A stretch of DNA of 64,000 nucleotides, from assembly GCA_030390025.1 (NCBI GenBank), contig CM059431.1, forward strand, positions 107,324,001 through 107,388,000, written 5' to 3'. Positions within the stretch are counted from its first letter, which is position 1, and each line of letters begins with the position of its first letter. The stretch is from Squalus acanthias (taxonomy: Eukaryota). The position numbers were made by a program, and so were the translations under genes. Below the pieces are notes generated by a model. It was not told where the DNA came from. It worked only from the letters and a program-made list of their open reading frames with translations, and made no database searches. Of the stretch, positions 1 to 12,447 are shown piece after piece.

Positions 1-720
1 ATTGCACAGTACCCAGTCCAATATAGCCTGTTCCCGAGTTGGTTCCTCGACATATTGATCCAGATAACCATCCCTTAAACACTCAAGGAATTCCTCCTCC
101 TCATTATTTTTACTGATTAGGCTATTCCAATCTATATGTAAGTTAAAGTCACCTATGATGACAGCTGTGCTCTTATTGCACGCTTCTCTAATTTCCCTCG
201 TGATGCCCTCCCCAACCTCTATTTTACTATTTGGAGGCCTATATACCACTCCTATTAATGTTTTTCGCCCCTCGCTATTTCTTAGCTCCACCCATATAGA
301 TTCTGTATTAACTGAGTTAATATCCTTCCTTTCAATTGCATTTATCCCCTCTTTTACCAGCAATGCTACCCCTCCTCCCTTTCTTTTTTGTCGATCCTTC
401 CTAAATACTGAATACCCCTGTATGTTAAGCTCCCAGCCCTGCTCACCCTGCAACCATGTTTCCGTAATCCCAATTAGATCATAATTATTAACCTCTATTT
501 CCACAGCTAATTCATCTACCTTGTTCCTGATGCTTCTCGCATTAAGGTATAAAACCCTCAGGCTTTTTTTATGCTCACATTTTTTATGAATTAGTTTGGC
601 CCTTTGTTTTTTGTTCCTCACCCTTTTACCATTTATTTCTGTCTGCCTTTCACTTTCCTCTATTTCACTACATAGGTTTCTAGCCCCCTGCCATACTAGT
701 TTAAATGCTCCCGAACTGCT
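1..720 (-). mobile_element. CR1-clade LINE fragment (end of ORF1 and endonuclease region of ORF2), continues off the window edge
   Basis: The antisense ORF 155..484 mirrors the antisense ORF 47150..47653, which lies over the CR1 endonuclease ORF 46582..47466. Minus strand near 680-720 reads ...GGGAGCATTTAAACTAGTATGGCAGGGGG, which fits a CR1 ORF1 stop and inter-ORF region. Confidence 0.85.
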
Positions 721-1006
721 TTATCAAAAATAAAGGTCGTATTTGTTTATATCTGGGTTGGATTATAATAAACTTGAGTAAAAAGGGAATAATCTGTGTT
801 AGTGCTTCTCATTTCTCAGGTGCTGAACATTATAAACCTCTGGGGAGAAAACATCTAAAAGATAATTTTCTCATTTTTGGTACACAGCTCTATATTTTCT
901 GTCCACTGATGTTAGTGGGTTGGAGAATCATGGAGTGAGCAGCTGTGAGCAATGAGAGCACGGAATCGGACTTAATATGCTTTAGATTGTGGAGCATATA
1001 AACATA

Positions 1007-1569
1007 GGGGGAAATTTGGGTCACGCCCCCTTTGGGGTGTTAACTTCGCCGGGGTGTTACTTTTAGCGCCCCGACAAAGTTAACGCCCCCGCGCCCGAAA
1101 TTGAATGGTAGTGCCACAAGCAGGAGGCGGGACGCTGCTGGAAGCACTCCTCCTCCCTCTTGGGGCGCTCCCATTGAATATTGTGGCGTTACGTGCAGCA
1201 GCGCCACACGCGCCGGCACGTAGCGCTGCGGTACTACAGACCTTCCTCCCCTCATTAAAGGGGACGGGCCTAGCGCGGTGCACACCGGGGCCCTGCTGGA
1301 CCATCGGGGAGCTGGGTGCCGGCAAAAGAGCCCGGCACTCGAGAGGAGCGCCGGGCTGACCGATCGCGGCCGGCACCCCGCAGGAGGAGGCGAGAGGGGG
1401 CAGGTGCTGGCAGGCGGCCCAAAAAAATGGTGTCGTCGCCGGAGGCGCAGCGCCGCAGGGTGCTACCGGCTACCGCCGCTGCTAACCTGCCGCTGAATTT
1501 CACGGGAGGCGTTAGCGGCGTCGCGCCCGGGCGCTAACAGGAGGCGCAAAGCAACCGAATTTTTACCCC
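1007..1569. mobile_element. PIF/Harbinger-type MITE (family A, GGGGG-AAATT ends)
   Basis: TIRs GGGGGAAATTTGG ... CCGAATTTTTACCCC. ATA flanks both sides (1004-1006, 1570-1572). Repeated TAGCGCC/GGCGCTA motifs. Homologous to 6607-7302. Confidence 0.85.
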
Positions 1570-2418
1570 ATAGAATTGGGACAGCAAGCCTGTTTTTTCC
1601 ACGGATCACATAGAATCTATCCTGTTATTATCCGTAAAGGTTAATCTATCGACCCCCCCACATCTGTCTTATTCAACTGTGACTTGCTCCCCCACACATT
1701 CCATCCTATGGAATGCTATTCTGAACCTTGTCCACTAACCCCAATGATGCAGTGGTCCATTGTAGCATTCCTACCAGCAACAAAGCCAGGATTAACCAAG
1801 GACTGATCCTGAGACCTTCCAATTGCTTAACCAACTAAGCTAAATTTGAAGTTATATGAGCATGCATTAACGCACCCATTTTAACAATCTATCTATCATT
1901 CTGCAATCCTCAGATCTATGCAGCTTTGTCTCTTATGAATATTTGCATGGTTTGATTACAGAGAGACATGTAGTTATTATGGCTGACAACTCTGGTTCGA
2001 CTTATTTCTGGAGGTTTGATCACGTGGCATTTGGGACGGGGAGTAAGGAGAGTGAGGGGACCAAATGTTTCTGACCTAGAATTTGGAAGCGGAAAGCAAC
2101 AAACACTGGAGTAAAAACAAGAGTCTGAAAACCACTGATGTTGCAAAAGGTTGAGGACAGCAATGCTATCCCAGACCAGTAGTAAATACCAACAGCTTTT
2201 CAGAGCAAAACCACTCAACTGAGAGTCTGAGCAGACAAGGGCAAAATTCCTTTGAGGTTCTACTTCGTAATATCCTGTTTTGTCCCAGCTGAAACACGCT
2301 CACTCCCGCAAGATAAGGGCACCAAAAAACAGATGGCCTCGGAGGTCCAAGAGGCCAGCCACGAGCAGGTAAAGAAAAGTGCAAACCGCAGGTGTGGACC
2401 GGGAAGTGCGAACTCTAC

Positions 2419-3474
2419 GGGCTGGATTTTCCGGGAGGTCAGCAGGTGCGATCGGTGGCGGGTCGGGTGGGAAAGTGTTTTTTTTCCCCAGCGGGTCGGG
2501 ACCCCGTTGTGAACCCGCTGCCGCGCGCTTTGCCCGATTACGGGTCTGTCAGCGCTGAGCAGACCCGACACACAGTTCACAGCGGGGGACCCAATTCAGG
2601 TAATTAGTGGCTTGTTTAGAGCCACTTAAGAATGAATTTCAGCTCACCTTCTGCATTTGACAGCTCGCCCATGGGGTCCACTCTGGTCGTGCACCATGTC
2701 TGTCAAGCTGAGGCGAGAGTTCAGTGGCCATTGAAACAGCTGTTGAGTTGACAGCTTCAAATGTAAAGTAAAAGCTCCCACCTTACAGAGATATCTTCCC
2801 TCAGCCACAAACTCTTCCTCACTGCATTTCCACAACAGATTCACCATGCTGCAAGTCTTTACACAAGTCTCCATCCAGTCTGACCTCATTACCTCTCTCA
2901 CCATTGACACATCACTTCTGTCATCTCAACGTCAACTGCCATCTATTCCATCAGCATGGGTGCCCTTTATACTCTCTCACCTTGGTCCTCAGAATCCAAC
3001 CACGATCAGCCCAACACCAGCAGCACCAGGCACACCAGTAGCACCAACAACAACACCACCAACCTTCTCCGCAATCACCTGATGCTGCACAGGACAGAGG
3101 GCATCAGCACCCAACCATATTGCAGCCTGGGAGGCCAGGGATGGAGGGAGTCATGGGAGAGCCTGGGTGCAGCCGTGCACCTCTGTGCAGTGATTGTCAG
3201 TGTTTGCAGCACCTCAGTGCTGTCGAACACTGACAGCACAACTGTCAAAATCAATTTGGGCATGGTCCCTTTAAGGAAACCGGCTGATGACGTGTCATCA
3301 AGTGACGTCACCAGACCTGCTTCCTTCAATTGGCCGGCAAACGCGCTGGGCGGGCTTAACAAGCCCAATCAGGGGAAAATCATTTTGCAGAGTGGGATGG
3401 AGCCAGCAGCGGGGTTGTACCCCGCCAATGACCCCAGCCACACCGGACCCACCGAGGTAGGCGAAATCGCGACC
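2419..3474 (-). mobile_element. Internally deleted PIF/Harbinger element retaining the start of the Myb/SANT gene
   Basis: Left end GGGCTGGATTTT, right end GAAATCGCGACC. About 3140-3474 is the reverse complement of 54366-54700. ORF 3075..3368 contains 'AAPRLSHDSLH', as does the Myb exon near 54650. TSD not clean. Confidence 0.75.
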
Positions 3475-4004
3475 AATATCTCCATCTTTGGCTCGACATC
3501 TATTTTTGCCTGATTATTACCTTGGAGCACCTTGGGACATTTTTCTACATTAAAGGCTTTATATAAATGCAAGTTATTGTTGTTGCATAACAATCTACGG
3601 CCAGGTAGCTAACTTCTGGTTGTTAAAATACTTACCATGTTTTTCATTGGATTGCTCAACTTACCATCAATGGTTATGAAAAAGTAGTTGTAAACATGGA
3701 AAATTCTGTTCTGTGTGATGACTACGATCTGAACATAGTTTTGGCCAAATCTTGTATACGAGATGATTCTAGCTAACAAAACTCTTAATTCTACTTGTCT
3801 GCAGATTATATCTTCATTAGTAGCTTAGCAACCACCCAATGTGGTGAAATGGTTTTCACTATTATAGCTGAGCAAATTACAACAGTGAGCAATGGTTGTC
3901 ATTCAGTGATTTCAACAGGCAGCAGAGCAGACTATTGCTCACTATTGTCTCACAGTTAAATGAGTTAAACTCCCAAAGCATTCGGTGCAGTTACAGGGCA
4001 TGCT

Positions 4005-4405
4005 TCACATTACATAGAATGTACAGTGCGCAGACAGGCCATTCAGCCCAACTTGTCCATGCCGGTCTTTATGCTCCACACGAGCCTCCTCCCACCCTAC
4101 TTCATCTCACCCTATCAGCATAACCTTCTATTCCTTTCTCCCTCATGTACTTATCTAACTGCCCCTTAAATGCTCCTATGCTATTCGCCTCAACTACTCC
4201 ATGTGGTTGTAACGTCTACATTCTAACCACCCTCTGGGTAAAGAGGTTTCTCCTGAATTCCCTAATTGGATTTATTAGTGACTATCTTCTATTTGTGTCC
4301 TCTAGTTTTGGACTCCCACAAGTGGAAACATCTTTCCTACATCTACCCTATCAAACCTTTTCATAATTTTAATGACCTCTATTCGGCCACCCCTCAACCT
4401 TCTCC
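4005..4405 (-). mobile_element. CR1 LINE 3' fragment
   Basis: Same 3' UTR and ORF2-end sequence as 11140-11580 and 26530-26978. Confidence 0.8.
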
Positions 4406-4414
4406 TTTAACTTG

Positions 4415-4852
4415 TTTTTTATTCGTTCATGGGATGTGGGCGTCGCTGGCAAGGTCAGCATTAATAGCCCGTCCCTAATTGCCCTTGAGAACGTGGTGGT
4501 GAGCCGCCTTCTTCAACCGCTGCAGTCTGTGTGGTGAAGGTACTCCCACATCTGCTGTTAGGGAGGGAGTTCCAGGACTTTGACCCAGCGATGATGAAGG
4601 ATCGGCCGATATACTTCCAAGTCAGGATGGTGTGTGACTTGGATGGAAACTTGGAGGTGGTGGTGTTCCCATGCGCCTGCTGCCCTTGTCCTTCTAGGTG
4701 GTAGAGGTCGCGGGTTTGGGAGGTGCTGCCGAAGAAGCCTTGGCGAGTTGCTGCAGTGCATCTTGTAGATGGTACACACTGCAGCCACGGTACGCCGATG
4801 GTGGAGGGAGTGAATGTTTAAGGTGGTGGATGGGGTGCCAATATAGTGGGCT
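4415..4852 (-). mobile_element. 3' fragment of a CR1/L2-group LINE (family of 36195-37650)
   Basis: Reverse complement matches about 37245-37645; 'AAVCTIYKMHCSNSPRLLRQHLP' matches the ORF2 C-terminal region of that family. Confidence 0.8.
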
Positions 4853-6365
4853 CACAGTCAAATAAGTTCATCTCACAAAGCCCTCGGTGCAGTTATAGAG
4901 CGCTCTTCACATGGGAGAACTCCCCGAATTTCGAACTGACTGAACAAGCTGAGTGTGCCAACATCTTCGGAACAACTTGTCATTTATCCTCAGTATGTCA
5001 CAGAGAGAGAGCTGCATAAACCCACCATACACTTAAATGACCAGCTGCGAACAAAAAGAGGTTAATTGGCAAAATAGTCAGCAACCTTTCAAACTGCACA
5101 GTTCCCTCTTTTTTAGATTCAGGAGCCCATTTATATTTTGGCTCCTTTTATCTTCTTCCATTCTTTATCTTCTGCCATGCTACAGACACGCAAGAGAGAT
5201 TAGAGTTCAGAAGGACTAAAGTTGAAAATCCTTTGAAATAGGACAGCAAAAATGCCAGCACTAATGTAAAAAAGAAAAAGTGCTCGCGACTATTCTGAAA
5301 GCAAGGGACACGGAAAGCTTAAGAAAATTACTTGGTGCAGAATCAGAACAAATTTTGGCGTGCTTTCCATGCTGATGTTGCGAAACACACAAACTATCCA
5401 AAATCTCAGTGGCGAAATTGCATTCTCGAATATGGGAACGCTGTCAGAAGAGGAGATGCTGTCTGTCATATTGTTGGCAATGTCGCCATGTAACATTCCC
5501 TGCTACAGATCCAGTGTATAAAGGAAGGATGATGCAACTGCATCCAGAATGGAAACTGTTAAGTGCACCATTCGAGTCTCATCAACTAAACTGAGTCGGA
5601 TTTATTTTCAACTTGCTGCCTCGGCATGAAAGTGGCATTGCGGATTAGCTGGCCGTTTGTGAAACTGCCCGATTTTCATTTCCCAAATGAAAATTCCAGT
5701 GACTGCTGCATGGTGCGAGTTAAATTAAACCCCGGAATGGCCTAACAAAGCCCGTCAGGCCCTCCTTTTCTTCCTGTCCAGGTTCTTCTCGTTCTCTTTC
5801 CCAAGCTCAAGCTCCTTTAGATGAAACTCTCACTCTTCTCCAGCTAAACCAGCTGATGGAATATCATGTTGACATTATTACATATCACTGTTCGGTTCTG
5901 TTCAATCAGTCAATCTGTTCGGCTTTATCTGGGTCAGTACATTTTTTAGCCTTCTTTCCTTCTCCTCTTCATTACTGAGACTGCGGTTGGTAAAGAAAAA
6001 CAAGTTTTTTTGTAATATTTGTGACAAATCATCACAGCATTATTCAAAAAGAATTTATTTTTCTTGCTTGCCTTCACAGATAAATAGCCCATTGTTGTTG
6101 TATTTGTATTTATTGAGCCTGCCATTTCCTTTTTTTTTGTATTTACTGTAACATTTGAGGAAGTGCCCAACAGTACTGGTAGCAATCTCCACAGCCAGTG
6201 TTTGTTTTATGACAGATACTACATAAAGGATGACTTCCTTGAATCAATATACTGTAGTTCTGTCATTCCTACACCCAGCATGCTGTTTGAATCTGACGGC
6301 GTTTTTGCACAGGTATATGTACTGGGTTAGAGATAATGTGAGATACACAAGCTTTGCAAGATAAC

Positions 6366-7798
6366 GGGCCATATTTTGCGACCCCCTACGGGTGTGTACG
6401 TGTCCATAGGGGCCGCGCAAGTTCCGGGTTTAGGCATGCGAAGCGCATGCGCTAAAACCCGGCACTTGTAATCTATCAAGAATCCTCTTGACAGATCCTC
6501 CGCATCCCCGGGAGACGGGCCTCTGCGGGTGGAGAGTTGCGCTATTTGCCCAACTTCCGCCCGCTGAATGCCTGTGAAATTCTTAGGTCTGGTAAAAGCA
6601 GCATAAGGGGGAAAAATTGGGTTGCGCCGCCTTTGGGGCGCTAACTTAGCGCCTCGAAAAAATTAGCGCCCCCGTGCCCGAAATTCACTGCTAGCGCCCC
6701 AAGAGGGAGGTGGGGCTGTACTGGAAGCACCCTGCCTCCCTCTTGGGACGCTGCGAGTAAATACCATGGCGCTACGTGCGGCAGCGCCACGCTCTGAGGC
6801 ACAACGTGCCGCGGTACTGCAGGCCTTCCTCCCTTTATTAAAGGGAAGGGGCCTAGCGCAGCGCGACATGGGGCCCAGCTGGGTCACCAGGGATCGAAGT
6901 GCCGGCAAAAGAGCCCGGCACTCAAGAGGAGTGGCAGGCTCACGGGGCGCAGCCGGCACTCGGCGGGGGGGCTGCACAGAAGGCCGGGGTCAGCAACGGG
7001 GGCTGGTGCTGGCAGGCAGCCAGCAACAAAAATGGCCGCCTGGCACCTCCCCTTTAATTTGCGCTGCCCCGGCCGCAGGTAGGCCCCCCTGACCCTGTCA
7101 GACATAGCATCCGGTGGTAAGTCAGGGGGCGCTACCGAAGATCGCAGCAGGAGCGCGAGCGGAGCGCTACGCACAGCGATGACGTCTTCGCTAACCTCCC
7201 GCTGAATTTTGCGGGAGGCGTTGGTGGCGCTGCGCCCAGGCGCTAGTTGCTTTGCGTCCCGTTAGCGCCCTCTTAGGCGCAAATCAACCAAATTTTTCCT
7301 CCTTAAGAGTTTTTAAAAATAGAAAAATAAAATGTTATCACTCATTTATACATTAAAAACCCTGTCCAAGGTAAGTTTATTTGTAGCCCCGTTAACACGT
7401 AAAAAAAAAAATCAAAAATTTAAATTTACGTTTAAAATATTTAATTAAATGGCATTTTAATTAATTTTAAATAGGTCATTTAAAAAAAAATTATTTCATG
7501 TGTTTGTGTATTTTTTAAGTGATCCCCATTCATACATTTGGGAATTCTGTATGTACAGAACTCCCATACGTATGAATGGGGATTCCCTTCCTTTATTGGT
7601 TGGGCCGACTCACATGATCCCAGGGGCGCTTGTAAACCGCATGCGCCCTGGGATACGTGGGGCTCTGCCCGCGGGGACCCGGAGAGAGGCCCAGGATCGC
7701 GAGTCTCCGTATCTTCCGGGCCACCAGGTAAATGCGTAGATATTTTACAGGTCGGAGGCGTCCGCCCGCGGGAAACTTCCGATCGCAAATTTTGGGCC
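6366..7798. mobile_element. PIF/Harbinger-type MITE with AT-rich core, interrupted by a nested MITE
   Basis: TIRs GGGCCATATTTTGCGACC ... GATCGCAAATTTTGGGCC. Flanks AAC/AAT. GCGCATGCGC-type subterminal motifs. Confidence 0.75.
6607..7302. mobile_element. PIF/Harbinger-type MITE (family A) nested in the previous MITE
   Basis: TIRs GGGGGAAAAATTGG ... CCAAATTTTTCCTCC. TAA/TTA(A) flanks. Homologous to 1007-1569. Confidence 0.85.
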
Positions 7799-7959
7799 AA
7801 TCCTTTACTCTGAGTCATCTGCACCTGACATCAAAATCTTGTGGACCTTACTCGGGAGACAGGTCACATCAAATTGAGGATAATTCAACAGCTAGTTCAG
7901 TGAAGTACAACAACAACGGAGCACTTAGCAGTTTCCATTCTGGATGCAGCTGTACCACC

Positions 7960-8099
7960 CTTCCTTTATATAGCACCTTTATTCTAGAAAAAGTTCCTAG
8001 GCACTTCACAGGAACATTATCAAACAAAATTTGACACCGAGCCACTTAAGGAGATACTCGGACAGGTGGCCAAACGCTTGGTCAAAGAGGTAGGTTTTA
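7960..8099 (-). mobile_element. L2 LINE 3' tail fragment
   Basis: Matches the tail at about 39950-40095 (TTATATAGCACCTTT...CAAACAAAATTTGACACCGAGCCAC). Confidence 0.7.
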
Positions 8100-8778
8100 C
8101 ATAGAAACATAGAAACATAGAAGATAGGAGCAGGAGTAGGCCATTCGGCCCCTCGAGCCTGTTCCACCATTTAATGAGATCATGGCTGATCATCCAAATT
8201 CAGTACCCTGTCCCTGCTTTCTCCCCATATCCCTTGATCCCTTTAGCCTTAAGAAATATATCTAACTCCTTCTTGAATATATTTAATGAATTGGCCTCAA
8301 CTGCCTTGTGTGGTAGAGAATTCCACAGGTTCACCACTCTCTGGGTGAAGAAATTCCTCCTCATCTCAGTCCTAAATGGCTTACCCCTTATCCTTAGACT
8401 GTGACCCCTGGTTCTGGACTCCCCCGCCATCGGGAACATCCTTCCTGCATCTAGTCTGTCTAGTCCTGTTAGAAATGTATAAGTTTCAATGAGATCCCCT
8501 CTCATTCTTCAAAACTCTAGCGAATACAAGCCCAATCGTCCCAATCCCTCTTCATACATCATTCCTGCCATCCCAGGTATCAGTCTGGTGAATCTTCACT
8601 GCACTCTCTCCATGGCAAGAACATCCTTCCTCAGATAAGGTGACCAAAACTGCACACAATACTCAAGGAGTGATCTCACCAAGGCCCTGTACAACTGCAG
8701 CAAGACATCCTTGCTCCTGTACTCGAATCCTCTCGCTATGAAGGCCAACATACCATTTGCCTTCTTAACCGCCTGCTG
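8100..8778 (-). mobile_element. CR1 LINE, 5'-truncated (RT C-terminus and 3' UTR)
   Basis: ORFs 8200..8505 (MRGDLIETY...RNFFTQRVVNLWNSLP) and 8596..8892 (KKANGMLAFIARGFEYRSKDVLLQLY). (ATAGAAAC)n tail at about 8100. Confidence 0.93.
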
Positions 8779-8924
8779 AACTGAACCTGTTAAATGCTCC
8801 TGCGGTAATAAGGGTTTGTATATTATTGATACATAGTGCTTCATTCCGTACTGCCTGAAGCTGCTAACAGAGGCATTGATTTTAGCACTCATCTGTGTCG
8901 CTCACCTTGCACCCTTTGTAATTG

Positions 8925-9400
8925 AACTCATCAAAAACTCTGCGGCCCATGTCCTAACTCGCACCAAGTCCTGTTTACCCATCACCCCCTGTGCTCGCTG
9001 ACCTACATTAAATCCCGTTCCAGCAACACCTCGATTTAAAAATTCTCATCCTTGTTTTCATATCCCTCCAGCGCCTCACCCCTTCCTATCTCTATAACCT
9101 TCTCCAGTCTGACAACCTTCCAAGATCGCTGCGCTCCTCCAATTTTGGCCTCCTGCGAAGTCCCAATTTTCTTCATTCCACCATTGGTGGCCGTGCCTTC
9201 AGCTGCCTGGGCTCCAAGCTCTGGAATTCCCTCCTAAACCTCTCCGCCTCTCTATCTCTCTCTCCTCCTTTAAGACGCTCCTTAAAACCTTCCTCTTTGA
9301 CCAAGCTTTTGGTCACCTGTCCTAATATCTCCTTATGTGGCTCGGTGTAAAATGTTGTTTGATAATCGCTCCTGTGAAGCGCCTTGGGACATTTTACTAC
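8925..9400 (+). mobile_element. L2 LINE 3' fragment
   Basis: Matches the L2 ORF2 C-terminus seen in ORF 40672..41133 (KSHSPITPVL..LHWL) plus the tail. The rest of the tail (ATATAAATGCAACTTGTTG) reappears at about 10511. Confidence 0.8.
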
Positions 9401-10058
9401 CTACAGCGGAGTACTGCTCTCCAGCATGGCTATCAAGTCCACATGTCAAATCTGTTTATGTCCAGCTGAATTCTACTATGAGAATTATCACCGGTACGCT
9501 TTTATCGCCACCAACACCTTGGCTGCCCCTGCTTGCAAACATCGCACCACCACACCTACGCCGCGAATATGCAGTCTCCAGAGAATACAACCGTTACACC
9601 AGCAAAGACTTGCCAATCCAGGCCGTATTGAACAACCTACCGCCAACTCGTCTCAAATCTAGAAGACCATTTTAGACCATCGCCGAAGCCCTTCAGCCTT
9701 GATGACCAATGGCGAAATGCTTGGAAGAACTGTGACATACGGAATGGATTCCTTCTAGAGGACCCCACAGTACAACCTGAAGGATCAAACCATCCTCGCA
9801 AAAAGTGGACAACCATCAACTGCCTCACAACCGATCACGGTAGATGCTGCCACCTTCTTCATAGATGAAAGATAAAAGCACCCCCATCAGGCGACTGTAG
9901 AACTCCTAATCAGACCCAGGAGCACATCATTGAGCACTGCCCTCAGAGGAAATTTGCAGGCAGCCTACACGATATCCAGACTGTTACACCGGAAGCTTTG
10001 GCCTGGATATCTGACCTAGATATTGACATTTGATTTTCTTTGGATACTACCATACAAA
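9401..10058 (+). mobile_element. Vingi/Ingi-like LINE 3' fragment (pseudogenised RT C-terminus and degenerate zinc-finger tail)
   Basis: 'AEYCSPAWLSSPHVKSVYVQLNSTMRIITGTLLSPPTPWLPLLANIAPPHLRR...RLKSRRPF', then broken-frame 'RKKWTTINCLTTDHGRCCHLLH' and 'DCRTPNQTQEHIIEHCPQRKF'. This resembles Vingi/Ingi ORF ends as I recall them. Confidence 0.7.
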
Positions 10059-10506
10059 AGCGCCTTTCACGACCACCGGACGTCCCAAAGTGCTTTACAG
10101 TCAATTAAGTACTTTTTTTGAAGTGTAGTCACTGTTGTAATGTAGGAAACACGGCAGCCAATTTGTGCACAGCAAGCTCCCACAATCAGCAATGTGATAA
10201 TGACCAGATAATCTGTTTTAGTGATGTTGATTGAGGGATAAATATTGGCCAGGACACTGGGGAGAACTCCCCTGCTCTTCTTCAAAATAGTGCCATGGGA
10301 TCTTTTACATCCATCTGAGAGGGCAGACGGAGCAACGTTTTAACATATCATCCCAAAGACAGCTCCTCCGACAGTGCGGCACTCCCCCAGCACTGCACTG
10401 GAGAGCCAGTCCTAGATTTTTGTGCTTAGTCTCTGGAGTGGGACTTGAACCCACAACCTTCTGACCCAGAGGTGAGAGTGCTGCCCACGGAGCCATTGAC
10501 TGACAC
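10059..10506 (-). mobile_element. tRNA-derived DeuSINE (SacSINE1-like)
   Basis: Minus strand has TGGCTCCGTGGG (A-box) and GGTTCAAGTCC (B-box), followed by the Deu-domain core GATGTAAAAGATCCCATGGCACTATTT. Confidence 0.85.
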
Positions 10507-11137
10507 CTGAATATAAATGCAACTTGTTGCTGTTCAACATAATGATTGCCTATTGAAATGTCTAGAATAATTGGAAAAAAAACACGTTGGGATGAATGCT
10601 AAATTAGAAAACTTGTATATATTAGAAGACCAGGACAGTTGTCTTAATACTTACTAAAGAGCAAAATTGAAGTTCACACTGATTTGCATTTACTAAGATA
10701 TTGACCAAAATGTTCTTTAATCACAATTGTATCTAAGTGGATTTAATTGTCACCAGGGCAACCTTTACAACTGATTGTACATGCCCCACATACTGCCTAC
10801 TGTCTCTGTACTTCTGTCATTTTTTTCTTGTTGCCTTTCCTGTGTTTTTCCCTTGGGTAGCCAAACAGACCAAGAAAGGGATAGATAACAAGGAAATTCC
10901 TCCTATATTTTTCAAGACGGTAAAGGAATATAACAGAAGTGGATGAGATCTCTTAAGAGAGCTGAATTTTAATGTATCCAAATCTATTTATTAAATCGCA
11001 ACAACATTACAAGAGTTAGTTAGATTTTTACCCAGTCGTGGTATCTCTTTTTGCAAAGACATTAATCATCATATTCATTCAAAAAGGAGCAAGACTTCTT
11101 GACATTTCTCACTCACTGACCTGCATCCTATTCATAG

Positions 11138-11580
11138 ATTACAAAGGATATACGGCACAGAAACAGGCCATTTGGCCCAACCAATCCATGCTGGCGTTTA
11201 TGCTCCACTCGAGCCTCCTCCCATCTTTCCTCATCTAACTTTCAGCATAACCCTCTATTCCCTTCTCCCGCATATGCTTATCTAACCGCCCCTTAAATGC
11301 ATCTATACTTTTCGCTTCAACCACTCCCTGTGTTAGCGAGTTCCACATTCTCACCACTCTCTGGGTAAAGAAGTTTCTTCTGAATTCCCTATTTGATTTC
11401 TTGGTGACTATCTTATATTGATAGCCTCTAGTTTTGCTCTTGCCCACAAGTGGAAACACTCTCTCTGTGTCTACTCCTTCAAAACCTTACACAATTTTAA
11501 AGACCTCTATTAGGTCACCCCTTAGCCTTCTGTTTTCAAGAGAAAAGAGACCCAGCCTGTTCATCCTTTCCTGATAGATA
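11138..11580 (-). mobile_element. CR1 LINE 3' fragment
   Basis: ORF 11235..11459 'FPLVGKSKTRGYQYKIVTKKSNREFRRNFFTQRVVRMWNSL'. Confidence 0.9.
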
Positions 11581-12447
11581 TAGCCTCATGGTATATTTAA
11601 TCTCGGCACATTTCCCCCTTCATGTTTCACTTTGTCTCAGGCTCTCTGTTTCTTTTACTCTCTCGCTTTCTCTTTGCATATCACGCTTTCACCATCCCTC
11701 TCTTGGATTGCCGAATTCTGTTATTTTGTGACCTGAGTTAACATACCTGTCATGTTTCCTGTAAATTATAGGAATTCCCACTCCTGTGGGAAAACTGCCT
11801 TCATTAACAAACTATCCTTGATTGTGCCAACTGAGTTTTTGAGCAAAGCCTAGCTATACACCCAAGATTTTAATTAACATTGATACATGAGACAATCCTA
11901 TTACCAGGGTAGGGAAACCTTTCATTAATTGGATTAACTGGGGACACAAAGCTGGAATTAACCCAATTAATGGCATATTTAATATCAAAGAATTCTATTC
12001 TTTTTAAAAAAATCAAGGCATCTGTTTTAATCAAACAATCAATTAAATTCTGAGATACATGCATTTAAGAACTGTCTAATCAATTTAGATCCTAACTCAG
12101 CAAATGAAGGAAGGTCTTCATTTTGGTGATAGTGCATTATAATAATTATTATGGAAGTACAAAGGGACCCAAAATGCTTGAGCAGGGTCAGTGGATTTTG
12201 ACCTATTTTGTTGTGTTCTTTCGTTGAAATCTGTGGAAGTGTCGACTGAAATTTGACAATAATGTTTTTCCCATACTCAAGTTTGTTGCTTCTTCATTGA
12301 ACCAATTGTATTTTGTTAATAAAAAAAACCATTGAAGCATTAAGACAAATATTTGCCTAATCTAATAAAGAAGCATCCTGAACAACTTCATGAACTAATG
12401 TGTACTAATTCAACATCTTGAAAGCAACTCGTATTCATCTGGTCCCA

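Noticed and set aside
1040..1537. GC-rich ORFs and a CpG-island promoter (also 6663-7174, 32635-32973)
   Set aside because: They fall inside TIR-bounded MITEs; overlapping ORFs in many frames reflect the high GC content.
5409..5733. Possible ancient Harbinger-type MITE
   Set aside because: The putative TIRs are too degenerate and there is no TSD.
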